Positions 1 through 9,939 of a stretch of DNA of 64,000 bases are shown here, one piece after another; position 1 is the first letter of the stretch; each line of letters starts with the position of its first letter. The position numbers and the translations under genes were made by a program. The stretch covers positions 136,607-200,606 of the forward strand of contig JANYLJ010000054.1 in NCBI GenBank assembly GCA_025357945.1. The letters run 5' to 3'. The notes under the pieces were generated by a model that had not been told where the DNA came from, searched no databases, and saw only the letters and a program-made list of their open reading frames with translations. Source of the stretch: Gemmatimonadota bacterium. Its GTDB lineage: Bacteria > Gemmatimonadota > Gemmatimonadetes > Gemmatimonadales > GWC2-71-9.

Positions 1-217
1 CAAGCTCATCGCCCGGGCGAACGACGTCGTGCGATGCGGCCTGTGCCATGTTCACGGCGAGAAATGGCCGCTCGGGAAGCGAAGCGCCCCCCGGGAGAAC
101 CCGGAGGGCGCCGATGAGATCGGATACGCTTGCCCGGGCAGGCAATGTCACCTCAACCTGTTCTGCCCCGAAGAGCTCGGCGTAGCGCGCGAACAGCCGA
201 ACCGTGTGACGGTTCAT
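1..217 (-). CDS. moaD: MoaD/ThiS-family sulfur-carrier protein, N-terminal part only (runs off the window start)
   Basis: Own translation of the minus strand from ATG at 215-217: MNRHTVRLFARYAELFGAEQVEVTLPARASVSDLIGALRVLPGG...AVNMAQAASHDVVRPGDEL, the MoaD pattern. Absent from the ORF track because there is no stop in the window. The ATG overlaps the TGA of the upstream HU gene (ATGA). Confidence 0.6.
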   Translation of the reverse strand, partial: MNRHTVRLFARYAELFGAEQVEVTLPARASVSDLIGALRVLPGGASLPERPFLAVNMAQAASHDVVRPGDEL

Positions 218-555
218 TCGTCGTCGTCGTCGTCCATCTCCGACTCGTCGGGGATGTATTCCTCGTGCGCGACCAAAGCGCGTAACTCCTTGCTGGGCTT
301 GAACACCGGCACCGGGCGCGCGGCAACTTCCACCGGATCGCCGGTGCGCGGGTTACGCGCCATGCGCGTCTTGCGCTTGCGGATCTTGAAGGTCCCGAAG
401 CCGCGAACCTCGATGTTGTGCTGGTCGCGCATCGCCAGCTTCACCGCGTCGAGGAACGCGTCCACAACCCGGGCGCAATCCTTCTTCGAGATCATTGGCC
501 CGGAGGTCCGGGCGATGGCGGCGGTCACCTGTTCAACGAGATCGGCTTTGGTCAT
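214..555 (-). CDS. HU/IHF-family DNA-binding protein with acidic C-terminal tail
   Basis: ORF 214..600 trimmed to ATG at 553-555 (MTKADLVEQV...), which is preceded by GAGGGAG. HU/IHF signature RGFGTFKIRKRKTRMARNPRTGDPVEV. Ends ...PDESEMDDDDDE. Confidence 0.85.
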   Translation of the reverse strand: MTKADLVEQVTAAIARTSGPMISKKDCARVVDAFLDAVKLAMRDQHNIEVRGFGTFKIRKRKTRMARNPRTGDPVEVAARPVPVFKPSKELRALVAHEEYIPDESEMDDDDDE

Positions 556-637
556 CGCTCCCTCGGCGACGGGCTGGGTGAGGCGAGCCGGAAGCCTCAC
601 TTATCGGCCGATATGTACGACGCTTAAGCGTTGTCTG

Positions 638-1771
638 TCAAGAGGTTGCGGCATTCTGGCCCAACCTGGCCTGGACCGCAGCCATGAACTCGGCGAAGTG
701 GGGATAGGCATCATGGGGACCCGGCGCCGCTTCCGGGTGGTACTGCACCGCGAAGACCGGCAGCCGCCGATGACGCAGCCCCTCGACCGTTCCGTCGTTC
801 AGGTTGAAGTGCGTGACCTCGAGGTCCGGCGCGCCAGGAAGCCCGTCCGGCCCGCCTTCCACGGCGAAACCGTGGTTCTGCGTCGTGATCAGGACGCGAC
901 CCGTTGCGAGCTCCTTGACCGGGTGATTTCCACCCCGGTGACCGTAGCGCATCTTGATCGTGCGACCACCAAACGCGAGCCCTAACAGTTGATGGCCCAA
1001 GCAGATACCGAACGTGGGCAGGCCCGTGTCGGCCAAGGTCCGAATGGTATCGCGGGCGTAGCCGATTGCCGCGGGATCACCCGGTCCGTTCGACACAAAC
1101 AGGCCGTCGGGGTGGCGCTCGAGTACCTGCTCAGCGGTCGTTGCGGCCGGCACGACCTCGACCCGGAAGCCGGTCGCTTCGAGCATCCTGACGATGTTGC
1201 GCTTGAGGCCGTAGTCGAAGGCCACGACCAGCGGGCCCTCGCCCTGGGTGTAGGCTGCCGGCGTCGTAGCGCGCGATGCCAGGTCGAGTCCGTTCATCGA
1301 CGGCGATGCGAGCAACTCGGCACGCACGGCGTCGGTCGGTTCGGTCCCTTCGGCGATGATACCGCGCATCGCGCCGCGCTCGCGGATGTGCCGGGTGAGC
1401 CGGCGGGTGTCCACCTCAGTCAACACGGGAACGCCGGCCGCGTCGAGCCAGTCACCGAGCGACCGCGTCGCCTGCCAGTTGGAATAGTGGGTCGAAAGTT
1501 CGCGAAACACCACGCCACTGACTTGGGGTTTGGCGGATTCGTCGTCGGTGAGCGTGATCCCGTAGTTGCCGATCATGGGTGCCGTCATGACGACGATCTG
1601 GCCGAGGTAGCTGGGATCCGTGAAGGTTTCCTGGTAGCCCGTGAGTGACGTCGTAAACACGACTTCACCCACCGCACCACGGCTTCGTCCGATCAACGTT
1701 CCGGCGAACCAGGTCCCGTCCTCCAACAAAACGAAGGCGGGACGACCGGTCCCGCCTGCGCTGGGTTGCAT
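638..1771 (-). CDS. carA: carbamoyl-phosphate synthase small (glutamine amidotransferase) subunit
   Basis: ORF 638..2005 trimmed to ATG 1769-1771 ([22 protein letters not shown]). GATase triad region GICLGHQLL ... VQYHPEA. The start shares one nt with the secG stop. Confidence 0.9.
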   Translation of the reverse strand: MQPSAGGTGRPAFVLLEDGTWFAGTLIGRSRGAVGEVVFTTSLTGYQETFTDPSYLGQIVVMTAPMIGNYGITLTDDESAKPQVSGVVFRELSTHYSNWQATRSLGDWLDAAGVPVLTEVDTRRLTRHIRERGAMRGIIAEGTEPTDAVRAELLASPSMNGLDLASRATTPAAYTQGEGPLVVAFDYGLKRNIVRMLEATGFRVEVVPAATTAEQVLERHPDGLFVSNGPGDPAAIGYARDTIRTLADTGLPTFGICLGHQLLGLAFGGRTIKMRYGHRGGNHPVKELATGRVLITTQNHGFAVEGGPDGLPGAPDLEVTHFNLNDGTVEGLRHRRLPVFAVQYHPEAAPGPHDAYPHFAEFMAAVQARLGQNAATS

Positions 1772-2172
1772 CAGGGCTTCTTCCCTGCAGGAGGCGGCGC
1801 CGTGGGCGCCGGCGTTCCGGGTGCGGTCGCTCCCGGTGGTGCCGGAGTGAGGCCCGGTATCGACGCGCCCCCCGCCGGGGCGGGCTGCTGCACCGGCGGA
1901 CCCTGACGCAACCGTTTCTGCACATCTGAGGCCCCGGTCGCGCCGCGGTGCGATGAAACGAGCGAAAGCAGGAGGGCCAGGCCCATGAAGATGCCGCCGG
2001 TCCACCAGGTCATTCTGGTGAGCAGGTTGGTCGCCTGGCGACCGCCGAGCACCTGGGAGGTCGTTCCACCGCCAAGGGAGGCAAGTCCACCGCCCTGACC
2101 GGCCTGCATCAGGACCACGGCCGAGAGCAGCAGGCCATCGAGAATCATTACCACGAGCAAGAACGTGAACAT
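1771..2172 (-). CDS. secG: preprotein translocase subunit SecG with Pro/Ala-rich C-terminal tail
   Basis: [36 protein letters not shown]... and a second [19 protein letters not shown], the typical SecG layout. Sits downstream of tpiA, as in many bacteria. Confidence 0.8.
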   Translation of the reverse strand: MFTFLLVVMILDGLLLSAVVLMQAGQGGGLASLGGGTTSQVLGGRQATNLLTRMTWWTGGIFMGLALLLSLVSSHRGATGASDVQKRLRQGPPVQQPAPAGGASIPGLTPAPPGATAPGTPAPTAPPPAGKKP

Positions 2173-2252
2173 CTGGTGTCCCTTGAGTTTAGCCGGACAA
2201 AACTAATCGGGGAGGCCGATCGCCTCAATCCCGCGCTGAACGACGAGCTCCG

Positions 2253-2999
2253 CTACCCCTGGGCCGCACAGACTCCGGCCCACACGTCCGGATCGAGCGA
2301 TGCACCGCCGACGAGTACGCCGTCGATCTCGGGCTCGGCGAGCAGCTGCTCCACGTTACCCGCACTGACCGAGCCGCCGTACAGGAGGCGAGTGTCCCGC
2401 CCAAAGCCCAGGCTCACCAGCACGACGCGAATTGCCGCGTGGACGACTGCGGCGTCGGACGGCGTGGCGTTGCGTCCGGTACCGATCGCCCAGACCGGTT
2501 CGTACGCGATGACGAGGTCGGCGCCGGCCTTCACGCCAGCGAGTCCGGCGCGCAACTGACGCGTGACGACCGCTTCGGTTTCGCCGCGCTCGCGTTCTGC
2601 CAGTTTTTCGCCAACGCAGAGCAGCGCGAGCAAGCCGCCATCGAGCACCGCGCGCATCTTGCGGTTGGTCTCTTCGTCGGTCTCGCCGAAGAGATGTCGT
2701 CGCTCGCTGTGACCGATCAGCGCGGCCGCCGCACCGGCACCGCGCGCGAGGGCGACCGATGTGGCGCCAGTAAAGGCCCCCTTCGGCTCCCAATGGACGT
2801 CCTGCGCACCAGCGAGGTAGTGCTCGTGACCGCGCAGCCGCGCGGCGGTTGTTTCCAGTGACACGGCAGGCGGGAAGAACGCCACGGTGCGACCGTGACG
2901 CGGCTTGTCGATGGCAAGAAACCGGTCGAGGTACGCGCGCGCCTCACCGGGCGCGATGTACATCTTCCAGTTGGCGGCGAAGAGCAGCGGGCGTGACAT
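2253..2999 (-). CDS. tpiA: triose-phosphate isomerase
   Basis: [36 protein letters not shown] motifs. Confidence 0.95.
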   Translation of the reverse strand: MSRPLLFAANWKMYIAPGEARAYLDRFLAIDKPRHGRTVAFFPPAVSLETTAARLRGHEHYLAGAQDVHWEPKGAFTGATSVALARGAGAAAALIGHSERRHLFGETDEETNRKMRAVLDGGLLALLCVGEKLAERERGETEAVVTRQLRAGLAGVKAGADLVIAYEPVWAIGTGRNATPSDAAVVHAAIRVVLVSLGFGRDTRLLYGGSVSAGNVEQLLAEPEIDGVLVGGASLDPDVWAGVCAAQG

Positions 3000-4195
3000 C
3001 AGGCGTCATCCAGCGCAGCCACGCCGGGCAACGGCTTTCCTTCCAGGAACTCCAGCGATGCGCCGCCGCCGGTGGAGACATGCGTCACTTGGTTTTCCAG
3101 TCCAGCCGCGACGACGGCCGCCGCGGAATCGCCACCACCGACGATTGTCACCGCACCCGACGCGGTCGCGGCGGCCAGTGCGCGGGCAACGCCCAGCGTA
3201 CCGTGGTCGAACGGTGGCGTCTCGAACACCCCCATCGGCCCGTTCCAGATCACCGTCCTGGCGCCCGCGATGATTGCGGCGAACGCGGTGACGCTGCCGC
3301 TATCGATGTCGTACACTGCCCATCCCGGCGGGATCTGATCGCGCGCGACTTCGCGCGTTCCGGCGCCCGACTCCAACTTCTGTGCGATCACCGCGCCGCT
3401 CGGCAGCACCAGCTTGTCGCCCGCCTTGGCGAGCAACGACTTCGCCATGTCAACGCGATCCGCTTCCACGAGTGAGTTGCCCGTGTCGAGCCCCATCGCC
3501 CTGAAAAATGTGCACGCCATCGCGCCACCGATGAGGATGCGGTCGACCTTCGCGAGCAACGCTTCGACGAGGTCGATCTTGCCGGAGATCTTCGCACCAC
3601 CGAGGATCGCAACGAACGGACGTTTGGGGTGGTCGACCGCCTCACCCAGGAAGCGAAGTTCCTTGTCCATCAGGAAGCCGGCCACCGCGGGCTTGAGCCG
3701 GTGGGCGATCCCTTCGGTGCTCGCGTGGGCGCGATGAGCCGAGCCGAAGGCGTCGTTGACGTACAGGTCGCCGAGCGCCGCGAATCGACCGGCGAGCTCA
3801 GGATCGTTCGTCTCCTCACCGGAATAGAAGCGCGTGTTCTCCGCGAGCGCCACGCCACCCCGCGGCAGGTGACGCACCTGACTGACTGCGTCCGCGCTGG
3901 TCGGGTCGGCGAGGAATGTCACCGGAAAACCGAGTTGCTTTTCCAGGTCGCGCACCAGCGGCTTGAGCGAATACTTCGGATCGGGTCCGCCCGCGGGGCG
4001 GCCCAGATGGGAGAGCAACACCACGCGCGCACCCTTGCCGTGCAGGTACTGGATCGTTGGCAGCGACGCGCGAATGCGGGTGTCGTCGCTCACCTTGCCG
4101 TCCGCCATCGGCACGTTCAGGTCGACGCGCACGACGACCCGCTGCCCGTCGAGATGCGCGGCGGCGAGCTGCGCCAGCGTCCGCTTGCTCACCAC
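2999..4195 (-). CDS. pgk: phosphoglycerate kinase
   Basis: [19 protein letters not shown] and GGGDSAAAV motifs. The track start at 4261 would overlap gap by 72 nt. The GTG GTG pair at 4190-4195, right at the gap stop, is more likely, so the start is uncertain by a few codons. Confidence 0.9.
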   Translation of the reverse strand: MVSKRTLAQLAAAHLDGQRVVVRVDLNVPMADGKVSDDTRIRASLPTIQYLHGKGARVVLLSHLGRPAGGPDPKYSLKPLVRDLEKQLGFPVTFLADPTSADAVSQVRHLPRGGVALAENTRFYSGEETNDPELAGRFAALGDLYVNDAFGSAHRAHASTEGIAHRLKPAVAGFLMDKELRFLGEAVDHPKRPFVAILGGAKISGKIDLVEALLAKVDRILIGGAMACTFFRAMGLDTGNSLVEADRVDMAKSLLAKAGDKLVLPSGAVIAQKLESGAGTREVARDQIPPGWAVYDIDSGSVTAFAAIIAGARTVIWNGPMGVFETPPFDHGTLGVARALAAATASGAVTIVGGGDSAAAVVAAGLENQVTHVSTGGGASLEFLEGKPLPGVAALDDA

Positions 4196-5199
4196 TGCTT
4201 GCCGATGTGCCGGATCATGTCCACGCAGCGCGCCGAGTACCCCATCTCGTTGTCGTACCACGACGACACGTGGACCAGCGTGCCGTCGACGACGCTTGTC
4301 GACAACGCGTCCACCGTGCTCGACGCCTGATTGCCGATATAGTCCGCCGACACGAGCGGTTCATCGCTCACGAACAACACACCCCTGAGCGGCCCGTCTG
4401 CCGCCGCGCGGAACGCGGCATTCACCTGCTCGACCGTCGTCGTCTTTTCGACGGTGCACGTCAGGTCCACGATCGAGACATCTGCCGTGGGAACCCGGAG
4501 CGAGATGCCATCGAGCTTCCCCTTCACCTGCGGGATCACCAGCGCCGTTGCCTTGGCCGCACCAGTCGAGGTGGGGATGATCGACAGCGCCGCAGCGCGC
4601 GCCCGACGCAGGTCCTTGTGCGGAAGGTCGAGTATCTGTTGATCGTTGGTGTAGCTGTGCACCGTCGTCATGAAGCCGCGGACGAAGCCGAACGACTGGA
4701 TGATCACCTGCACCACCGGCACCAGACAGTTCGTCGTGCAGGACGCATTCGACATCACGTGGTGCTTGGCCGGATCGTAGTCGAGATGATTGACGCCGTA
4801 CACGAACGTCTTGTCTTCGCCCTTGGCAGGCGCCGAGATCAACACCTTCCTGGCACCCGCTGCAAGGTGCTTTGCGGCGCCGTCGCGGTCGGTGAAATGG
4901 CCGGTGGACTCGAGGACGATGTCCACGCCGAGCTCGCCCCACGGCAGCTTGGCCGGGTCACGTTCGGACATCACCTTGATCCGGTCGTCGCCCACTACCA
5001 AGCCGTCGCCGTCGGCCGCGACCGCGCCGGGGAAGCGCCCGTGCACGGAGTCGTACTTGAGGAGATGAGCCAGTGTCTTCGTATCGGTCAGGTCGTTGAC
5101 TGCCACAAAGTCGATGTCGGATCGACCCTGCTCTTTGGCCGCCCGCAGGATGTTACGGCCAATCCGGCCGAAACCGTTGATGCCTACGCGAATCGTCAT
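4189..5199 (-). CDS. gap: type I glyceraldehyde-3-phosphate dehydrogenase
   Basis: [35 protein letters not shown]. Confidence 0.95.
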   Translation of the reverse strand: MTIRVGINGFGRIGRNILRAAKEQGRSDIDFVAVNDLTDTKTLAHLLKYDSVHGRFPGAVAADGDGLVVGDDRIKVMSERDPAKLPWGELGVDIVLESTGHFTDRDGAAKHLAAGARKVLISAPAKGEDKTFVYGVNHLDYDPAKHHVMSNASCTTNCLVPVVQVIIQSFGFVRGFMTTVHSYTNDQQILDLPHKDLRRARAAALSIIPTSTGAAKATALVIPQVKGKLDGISLRVPTADVSIVDLTCTVEKTTTVEQVNAAFRAAADGPLRGVLFVSDEPLVSADYIGNQASSTVDALSTSVVDGTLVHVSSWYDNEMGYSARCVDMIRHIGKQW

Positions 5200-5260
5200 C
5201 AGTTAACTCGACCAGGATAAAGGTGAGCGAGCAGAGGTGAGAGGCAGACTGCAGCTCCGC

Positions 5261-5989
5261 TCACCGCAATGGGTTCGCCTGCGCCGCCAACGGCAGCTCG
5301 GCCCGCGCGAACGTGACGGCGCCGACCTGTTCTGCCCCGCAATCCAGCAACTCGGATGCCGCCGAACATAATGTCGCACCCGTGGTGAAAACATCGTCCA
5401 CCAGGATGACAGGGCGATGGCAATCCGTCGCGCCGAACGCCTCGGCAACGTTGGCGCGTCGGGTTTCCGGGGTCAGGCGAGTCTGCGTCGGCGTTTCGCG
5501 CCGGCGTTCCAATCGGTCGCGCCGCACCGGCAGCCCGGTGAGCGCGCCGAGCGCGATGGCGAGCTGCTCCGCCTGATTGTAGCCGCGAGCCGCTTGGCGC
5601 CGCGGCGCGAGCGGGATCGGGACCAGATCCACATCGCCCGCCTCGGCAACCAGCGGCGCCATCCGCAGCGCGAAGCTCTCGGCCAGCCGCCACCACCCCT
5701 GGTACTTGAAACGATGCACCAGGCGTCGGACGACCGGATCGAGGCGCACCGCGCTCCGGACGGGGCCAAAATCCGGCGGCCACTCCGCGCAGACACGACA
5801 CGCCAGGCCGAGCGGCATCGGTTCGCCACACACGGCGCAGAACGGCGGCGCGATGGCTCGCCACCGCGACCGGCACACGGCGCACACGAGCGCGTTGTCA
5901 CGAGGCGAGACCGGTGAGCGACACCCGGTGCATTCTGCGGGGAGCAACCAACGCTCCACCCGCAGCGCGACCTCAGCCCACGCGACCAT
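5261..5989 (-). CDS. comF: ComF-family protein (phosphoribosyltransferase-like)
   Basis: N-terminal Cys pairs (CTGC, CAVC, CAVC, CRVC) and PRTase motif VILVDDVFTTGATL. Confidence 0.8.
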   Translation of the reverse strand: MVAWAEVALRVERWLLPAECTGCRSPVSPRDNALVCAVCRSRWRAIAPPFCAVCGEPMPLGLACRVCAEWPPDFGPVRSAVRLDPVVRRLVHRFKYQGWWRLAESFALRMAPLVAEAGDVDLVPIPLAPRRQAARGYNQAEQLAIALGALTGLPVRRDRLERRRETPTQTRLTPETRRANVAEAFGATDCHRPVILVDDVFTTGATLCSAASELLDCGAEQVGAVTFARAELPLAAQANPLR

Positions 5990-6782
5990 TCAGGACTGCT
6001 CGCATGACTTCGACCGGCGGCTGGACGCCGGGGAACCAGAACCGCCACGAGGCCGCGCCCTGGGCGAGGAGCACTTCGCGCCCATCAAGGGCCGCGATGC
6101 CGCGCGCGGAACACGCCCGGACCCACGCCGTGGGACCGTCGGGGCCGTAGACAAGATCGAGCACGACCGTGCCAGGGGAGATCGCCACGACATCGAGCGG
6201 ATGCGCATCGGTCGCCGCCAGCCCCTGCGGTGTCGCGTTGATCACGACACGACATTCCGAGGCGTCGGCACGCGGTACGCCGATCGACGCCGCCCAGGTG
6301 CCGAACGCCGCTGCCCGGTCGGGATCGCGCGAGCGCACGGCGACACGCGCGCCGCGTTCAGCGGCCGCCCCGACGACCGCCCGCGCGCTGCCGCCGGTGC
6401 CGAGGACGTACCAGGCATCCGCTGGGGCGTGCAGCGCGTCGAGGGCGGCAAGGATCCCGTCGACATCCGTGTTGCCGAGGTGCACGCCGTCATCGGCGGC
6501 GGCGAACACGTTGGCCGCAGCGAGCTGTTCGACACGCGCGTCGCGAGCGCCGGGCACCCGCGCCGCCGCTTCCTTGTAGGGCACCGTCACGTTCCCGCCG
6601 CCGCCGCCCCGAGCGAGCGCAAGCATCTGCCCCGCCAGCGACGCTGCGGTCGGTCGCAACGCCACGAACACGGCATCGAGCCCGGCGGCCTGAAAGCCCG
6701 CGTTCTGCATTGGCGGCGACAACGAGTGGCCGACCGGATCGCCGAGCACGGCGAACACCCGCGTGCGGCTGGTCACCCTCAC
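5973..6782 (-). CDS. aroE: shikimate dehydrogenase
   Basis: FAVLGDPVGHSLSPPMQNAGF and GTGGSARAV. The GTG start overlaps the upstream stop (GTGA). Confidence 0.9.
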   Translation of the reverse strand: MRVTSRTRVFAVLGDPVGHSLSPPMQNAGFQAAGLDAVFVALRPTAASLAGQMLALARGGGGGNVTVPYKEAAARVPGARDARVEQLAAANVFAAADDGVHLGNTDVDGILAALDALHAPADAWYVLGTGGSARAVVGAAAERGARVAVRSRDPDRAAAFGTWAASIGVPRADASECRVVINATPQGLAATDAHPLDVVAISPGTVVLDLVYGPDGPTAWVRACSARGIAALDGREVLLAQGAASWRFWFPGVQPPVEVMRAVLNGRVG

Positions 6783-7243
6783 CGGCGGCGTTCGGCGCGC
6801 ATGCGGACGATGGCCCGGTCGAGCAACGCGTCGAGTAGCGTCGCCGTGTCGCGATAGCCGGCGACGTCGCCACCCATCGGGTCGGGGATGTCGCGACGAC
6901 CATCGGAATACCCGCCGTATTCCGCGAGTGTAAACACCTTCTGCTCGCCACCCAGCTCGGCCACCCGGCGGGCGTGCGCCTCGCTCATTGTCAGAATCAA
7001 GTCGGCATCACGCACCTGGTCCGCCGTGAGCATGCGAGCGCGATGCCCCGAGAGGTCAAGGCCGCGCTCGATGGCGACCAGATATGAGCCCTCGGACGCT
7101 GGCGTGCCGTCCCAGGCCGCGATGCCGGCGGACTGCACGACCGCGGGCCCGACGTCCGGCATCGCGGCGAGCTTGTCGGCGAGAATCGCGGCTGCAAGAG
7201 GGGACCGGCATGTGTTCCCGGAGCAAACCAGGAGGATGTTCAT
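6779..7243 (-). CDS. low-molecular-weight protein-tyrosine/arginine phosphatase
   Basis: ORF 6779..7411 trimmed to ATG 7241-7243. MNILLVCSGNTCRSP (CX5R P-loop) and a later DPMGG loop. Confidence 0.85.
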   Translation of the reverse strand: MNILLVCSGNTCRSPLAAAILADKLAAMPDVGPAVVQSAGIAAWDGTPASEGSYLVAIERGLDLSGHRARMLTADQVRDADLILTMSEAHARRVAELGGEQKVFTLAEYGGYSDGRRDIPDPMGGDVAGYRDTATLLDALLDRAIVRMRAERRR

Positions 7244-7262
7244 GCCGGACCGGTCGCTGGAA

Positions 7263-7913
7263 TCATGGCGCCATCGAACCGGCTCGACGCCGGAGTTCCT
7301 GTCTCGGAATGGCACCTTCGCGCACCAGCCGGGCGACCGATCCGGTGCAATCGACCAGGGTGGACGGCGGAACGTTTCCGAGCGTACCGCCATCCAGAAC
7401 GAGCAGTTCACCCGCGGCGATCGGATCGAGAAAGTATTGCTCGATCGCTTCGGGTCCGGGAGCGGCTGGTCGCCCGGGATGGTTTGCCGACGTCGACGTC
7501 AGCGGGTGGCCCAGGTAGCGGAGCAATCGGACGATCCCGCGATGCGACGTCCAGCGCACCGCGATGCCTCCTTCCGGCCCACGCAATCGGTCGGGAAGCT
7601 TCCCTTCACCGCCGCGGAGTACCAGCGTGAGCGGTCCGGGCCAGAACTCACGCGCCAGAACCCGCGCGTTCGGGCCGAGCGCGAGGCCGGCTGCCTCGAG
7701 CATCGCAATACCGTCAACCAGCAGGAGGAACGGCTTGCCCGCCGGCCGCCCTTTCAGGTTCGCCAGCCGGTCGAGCGCCGCGTCGTCCGGCGATGAACCG
7801 AGACCGTACACGGTTTCGGTGGGGTAGGCGAGCAGGTTCCCCGACGCGAGGTGCGCCGCAACGATCGGTGCGGCCGCGTCGACATCGGCATCGGTGCGAA
7901 ACGGCAGGCTCAT
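7263..7913 (-). CDS. tsaC: L-threonylcarbamoyladenylate synthase (YrdC/Sua5 domain)
   Basis: Trimmed to ATG 7911-7913 (MSLPFRTD...). AYPTETVYGLGSS and LTSTSANHPG. ATGA overlap with the ispD stop. Confidence 0.85.
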   Translation of the reverse strand: MSLPFRTDADVDAAAPIVAAHLASGNLLAYPTETVYGLGSSPDDAALDRLANLKGRPAGKPFLLLVDGIAMLEAAGLALGPNARVLAREFWPGPLTLVLRGGEGKLPDRLRGPEGGIAVRWTSHRGIVRLLRYLGHPLTSTSANHPGRPAAPGPEAIEQYFLDPIAAGELLVLDGGTLGNVPPSTLVDCTGSVARLVREGAIPRQELRRRAGSMAP

Positions 7914-8596
7914 GGTCGCTCCGCGTACCAGGCGGCGAGCGCGAGATCGTGCGCAGTCGTGATCTTCAGGTTGCGCGCCGAACCGGGCAATAATTCGACC
8001 GGCTCGCCCAGACGTTCCACCATCGTGGCGTCGTCGGTGGCCGCGAGTTCGTCCCCGCGCGCCGCCGCATGGGCACGTTCGAGAACCCGGCGCGGAAACG
8101 CCTGCGGCGTCTGGGCACACCACAGGCCGTGCCGGTCCACCGTGGAGAGCACGCGGCCAAAGTCGTCAGCACGCTTGATCGTATCGGCAATCGGCAGCGC
8201 CGGGACCGCGCTGCGTCCATGCCGCGCGGCCGCGAGTCCACCGTCAATCATCGCGGGTGACGGAAATGGTCGCGCCCCGTCGTGGACCAGCACGATGGTG
8301 CATTCGGCAGGCAGGGCGGCGAGCCCAGCGGTCACCGAGTCGCGCCGTTCGGCGCCACCGGCGGCGACCGACAGGCGACCGCCGCACAAAGCCGCTAACC
8401 ATTCGGGTGGCGCGGCTGCGTCGGCGCTCGGCAGCACGACGACGATGTGGGCCACTTCCGGGTGCGCGGCAAATGGCCGCACCGCGTGCAACAGCACCGG
8501 CGCCCCCGCCAGCACCTGATACTGCTTGGGTACCTCGCTGCCGAAGCGGGTTCCGCGCCCGGCGGCGACAATGATGACGCCGGCGTCAGGCGGCAA
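7910..8596 (-). CDS. ispD: 2-C-methyl-D-erythritol 4-phosphate cytidylyltransferase
   Basis: VIIVAAGRGTRFG, VLVHDGARPF, QTPQAF. There is no ATG near the conserved N-terminus. I assumed TTG at 8594-8596 (alternative TTG at 8624-8626), so the start is uncertain. Confidence 0.85.
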   Translation of the reverse strand: MPPDAGVIIVAAGRGTRFGSEVPKQYQVLAGAPVLLHAVRPFAAHPEVAHIVVVLPSADAAAPPEWLAALCGGRLSVAAGGAERRDSVTAGLAALPAECTIVLVHDGARPFPSPAMIDGGLAAARHGRSAVPALPIADTIKRADDFGRVLSTVDRHGLWCAQTPQAFPRRVLERAHAAARGDELAATDDATMVERLGEPVELLPGSARNLKITTAHDLALAAWYAERP

Positions 8597-9938
8597 GGGC
8601 GCGCACCAGTTCTTCCACGTGGTCAAGTCCGTGGAGCCGCATCCCCGGCACCGTGACCGTCGCCCGCGCCGAGCCGAAGGCCTGCAGAAATCCGAGACGC
8701 GCTGCTTCGCCCAATCGCCGCTCCAGCCCGCCGATCGGGCGCACTTCTCCGCCGAGCCCGAGTTCGCCGATGAATAGCGCGTTGGCCGGAGTCGGCCGAT
8801 CGTGCATCGACGAGAGGAGTGCCGCTGCGACCGCGAGATCCGCTCCGGGCTCGTTGAGACGGACGCCCGCGGTGACCTGAACAAAGACGTCGCGCGTGGC
8901 GAACGACGCACCGGCCCGCCGTTCCAGAACGGCGAGGATGACCGCCAGTCGCTTGGGATCGAGTCCGGTGGCGACGCGCTGGGGCGTCCCGTAGCCGGAC
9001 GGCGCAGCGAGCGCCTGGACCTCAACCAGCACCGGCCGGGTCCCCTCCATCAACGCGGTCACCGCGCTGCCGGCGGTCCCTTCGGCACGCGCGGCAAGGA
9101 ACACCGCCGACGGATTGTTGACCGCGACCAGTCCGCGTTCGGTCATCTGGAAGACGCCCAGTTCATCAACGGACCCGAACCGATTCTTGGTCGCCCGCAA
9201 CAACCGATAGTCGAGCGCTGCCTCGCCTTCGAAGTAGAGCACCGTGTCGACGATATGCTCGAGCGTTTTCGGCCCGGCGATGCTGCCGCCCTTGGTGACG
9301 TGGCCGACCACGATCACGGCCACGCCACTCTCCTTGGCGAACCGCATCAACAGGCCGGCACACTCACGCACCTGGCCAACATTGCCCGGTGCGCTGTCCA
9401 GCGCGTCGGTGTATACGGTCTGGATCGAATCGAGGACGAGTACCGATGCGTCCATCGCGCGCGCTGCCTGCAACACCGATTCGAGACGCGTTTCGCCCAA
9501 CACGCGCACGTCGCCCGCCACGTCGCCGAGCCGGTCGGCTCGGAGGCGCAGTTGCTCGGCCGACTCCTCGCCACTGGCATACAACACGGCGCGACCACCG
9601 GCCTCAAGCTGTGCGGCGGCCTGCAGCAACAACGTCGACTTGCCGATTCCCGGCTCGCCGCCGATGAGCGTCATCGACCCGGGCACGATCCCGCCACCGA
9701 GCACAAAGTCCAGTTCGGCGAGACCGGTACCCCATCGCTCGAGCCGCGAGGCCATCACGTCGCGGAGGCGAACGATCGGCGCGTTCCGCGCCGCCATGCC
9801 GCCCGCGCGTGCTGGCTTCGCCGCGATCGGCTCCTCCGCGACGCTGTTCCAGGCGCCGCACCCTTCGCAACGCCCGACCCACTTCGGATGGTCGTGCCCG
9901 CATTCCGTGCAGCGCCACACCGAGCGCGGCTTCGCCAC
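8586..9938 (-). CDS. radA: DNA repair protein RadA/Sms
   Basis: GTG at 9936-9938, 1 nt after the dnaB stop. Zinc ribbon WRCTECGHDHPKWVGRCEGCGAWNS, Walker A GGEPGIGKST, KNRFG, and a Lon-like C-terminal domain. Confidence 0.9.
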   Translation of the reverse strand: MAKPRSVWRCTECGHDHPKWVGRCEGCGAWNSVAEEPIAAKPARAGGMAARNAPIVRLRDVMASRLERWGTGLAELDFVLGGGIVPGSMTLIGGEPGIGKSTLLLQAAAQLEAGGRAVLYASGEESAEQLRLRADRLGDVAGDVRVLGETRLESVLQAARAMDASVLVLDSIQTVYTDALDSAPGNVGQVRECAGLLMRFAKESGVAVIVVGHVTKGGSIAGPKTLEHIVDTVLYFEGEAALDYRLLRATKNRFGSVDELGVFQMTERGLVAVNNPSAVFLAARAEGTAGSAVTALMEGTRPVLVEVQALAAPSGYGTPQRVATGLDPKRLAVILAVLERRAGASFATRDVFVQVTAGVRLNEPGADLAVAAALLSSMHDRPTPANALFIGELGLGGEVRPIGGLERRLGEAARLGFLQAFGSARATVTVPGMRLHGLDHVEELVRALAA

Positions 9939-9939
9939 G

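Noticed and set aside
29-985. 318-aa plus-strand ORF at the window start
   Set aside because: It is antisense to moaD, the HU-like gene and carA. It is Ser/Arg-rich with no motifs.
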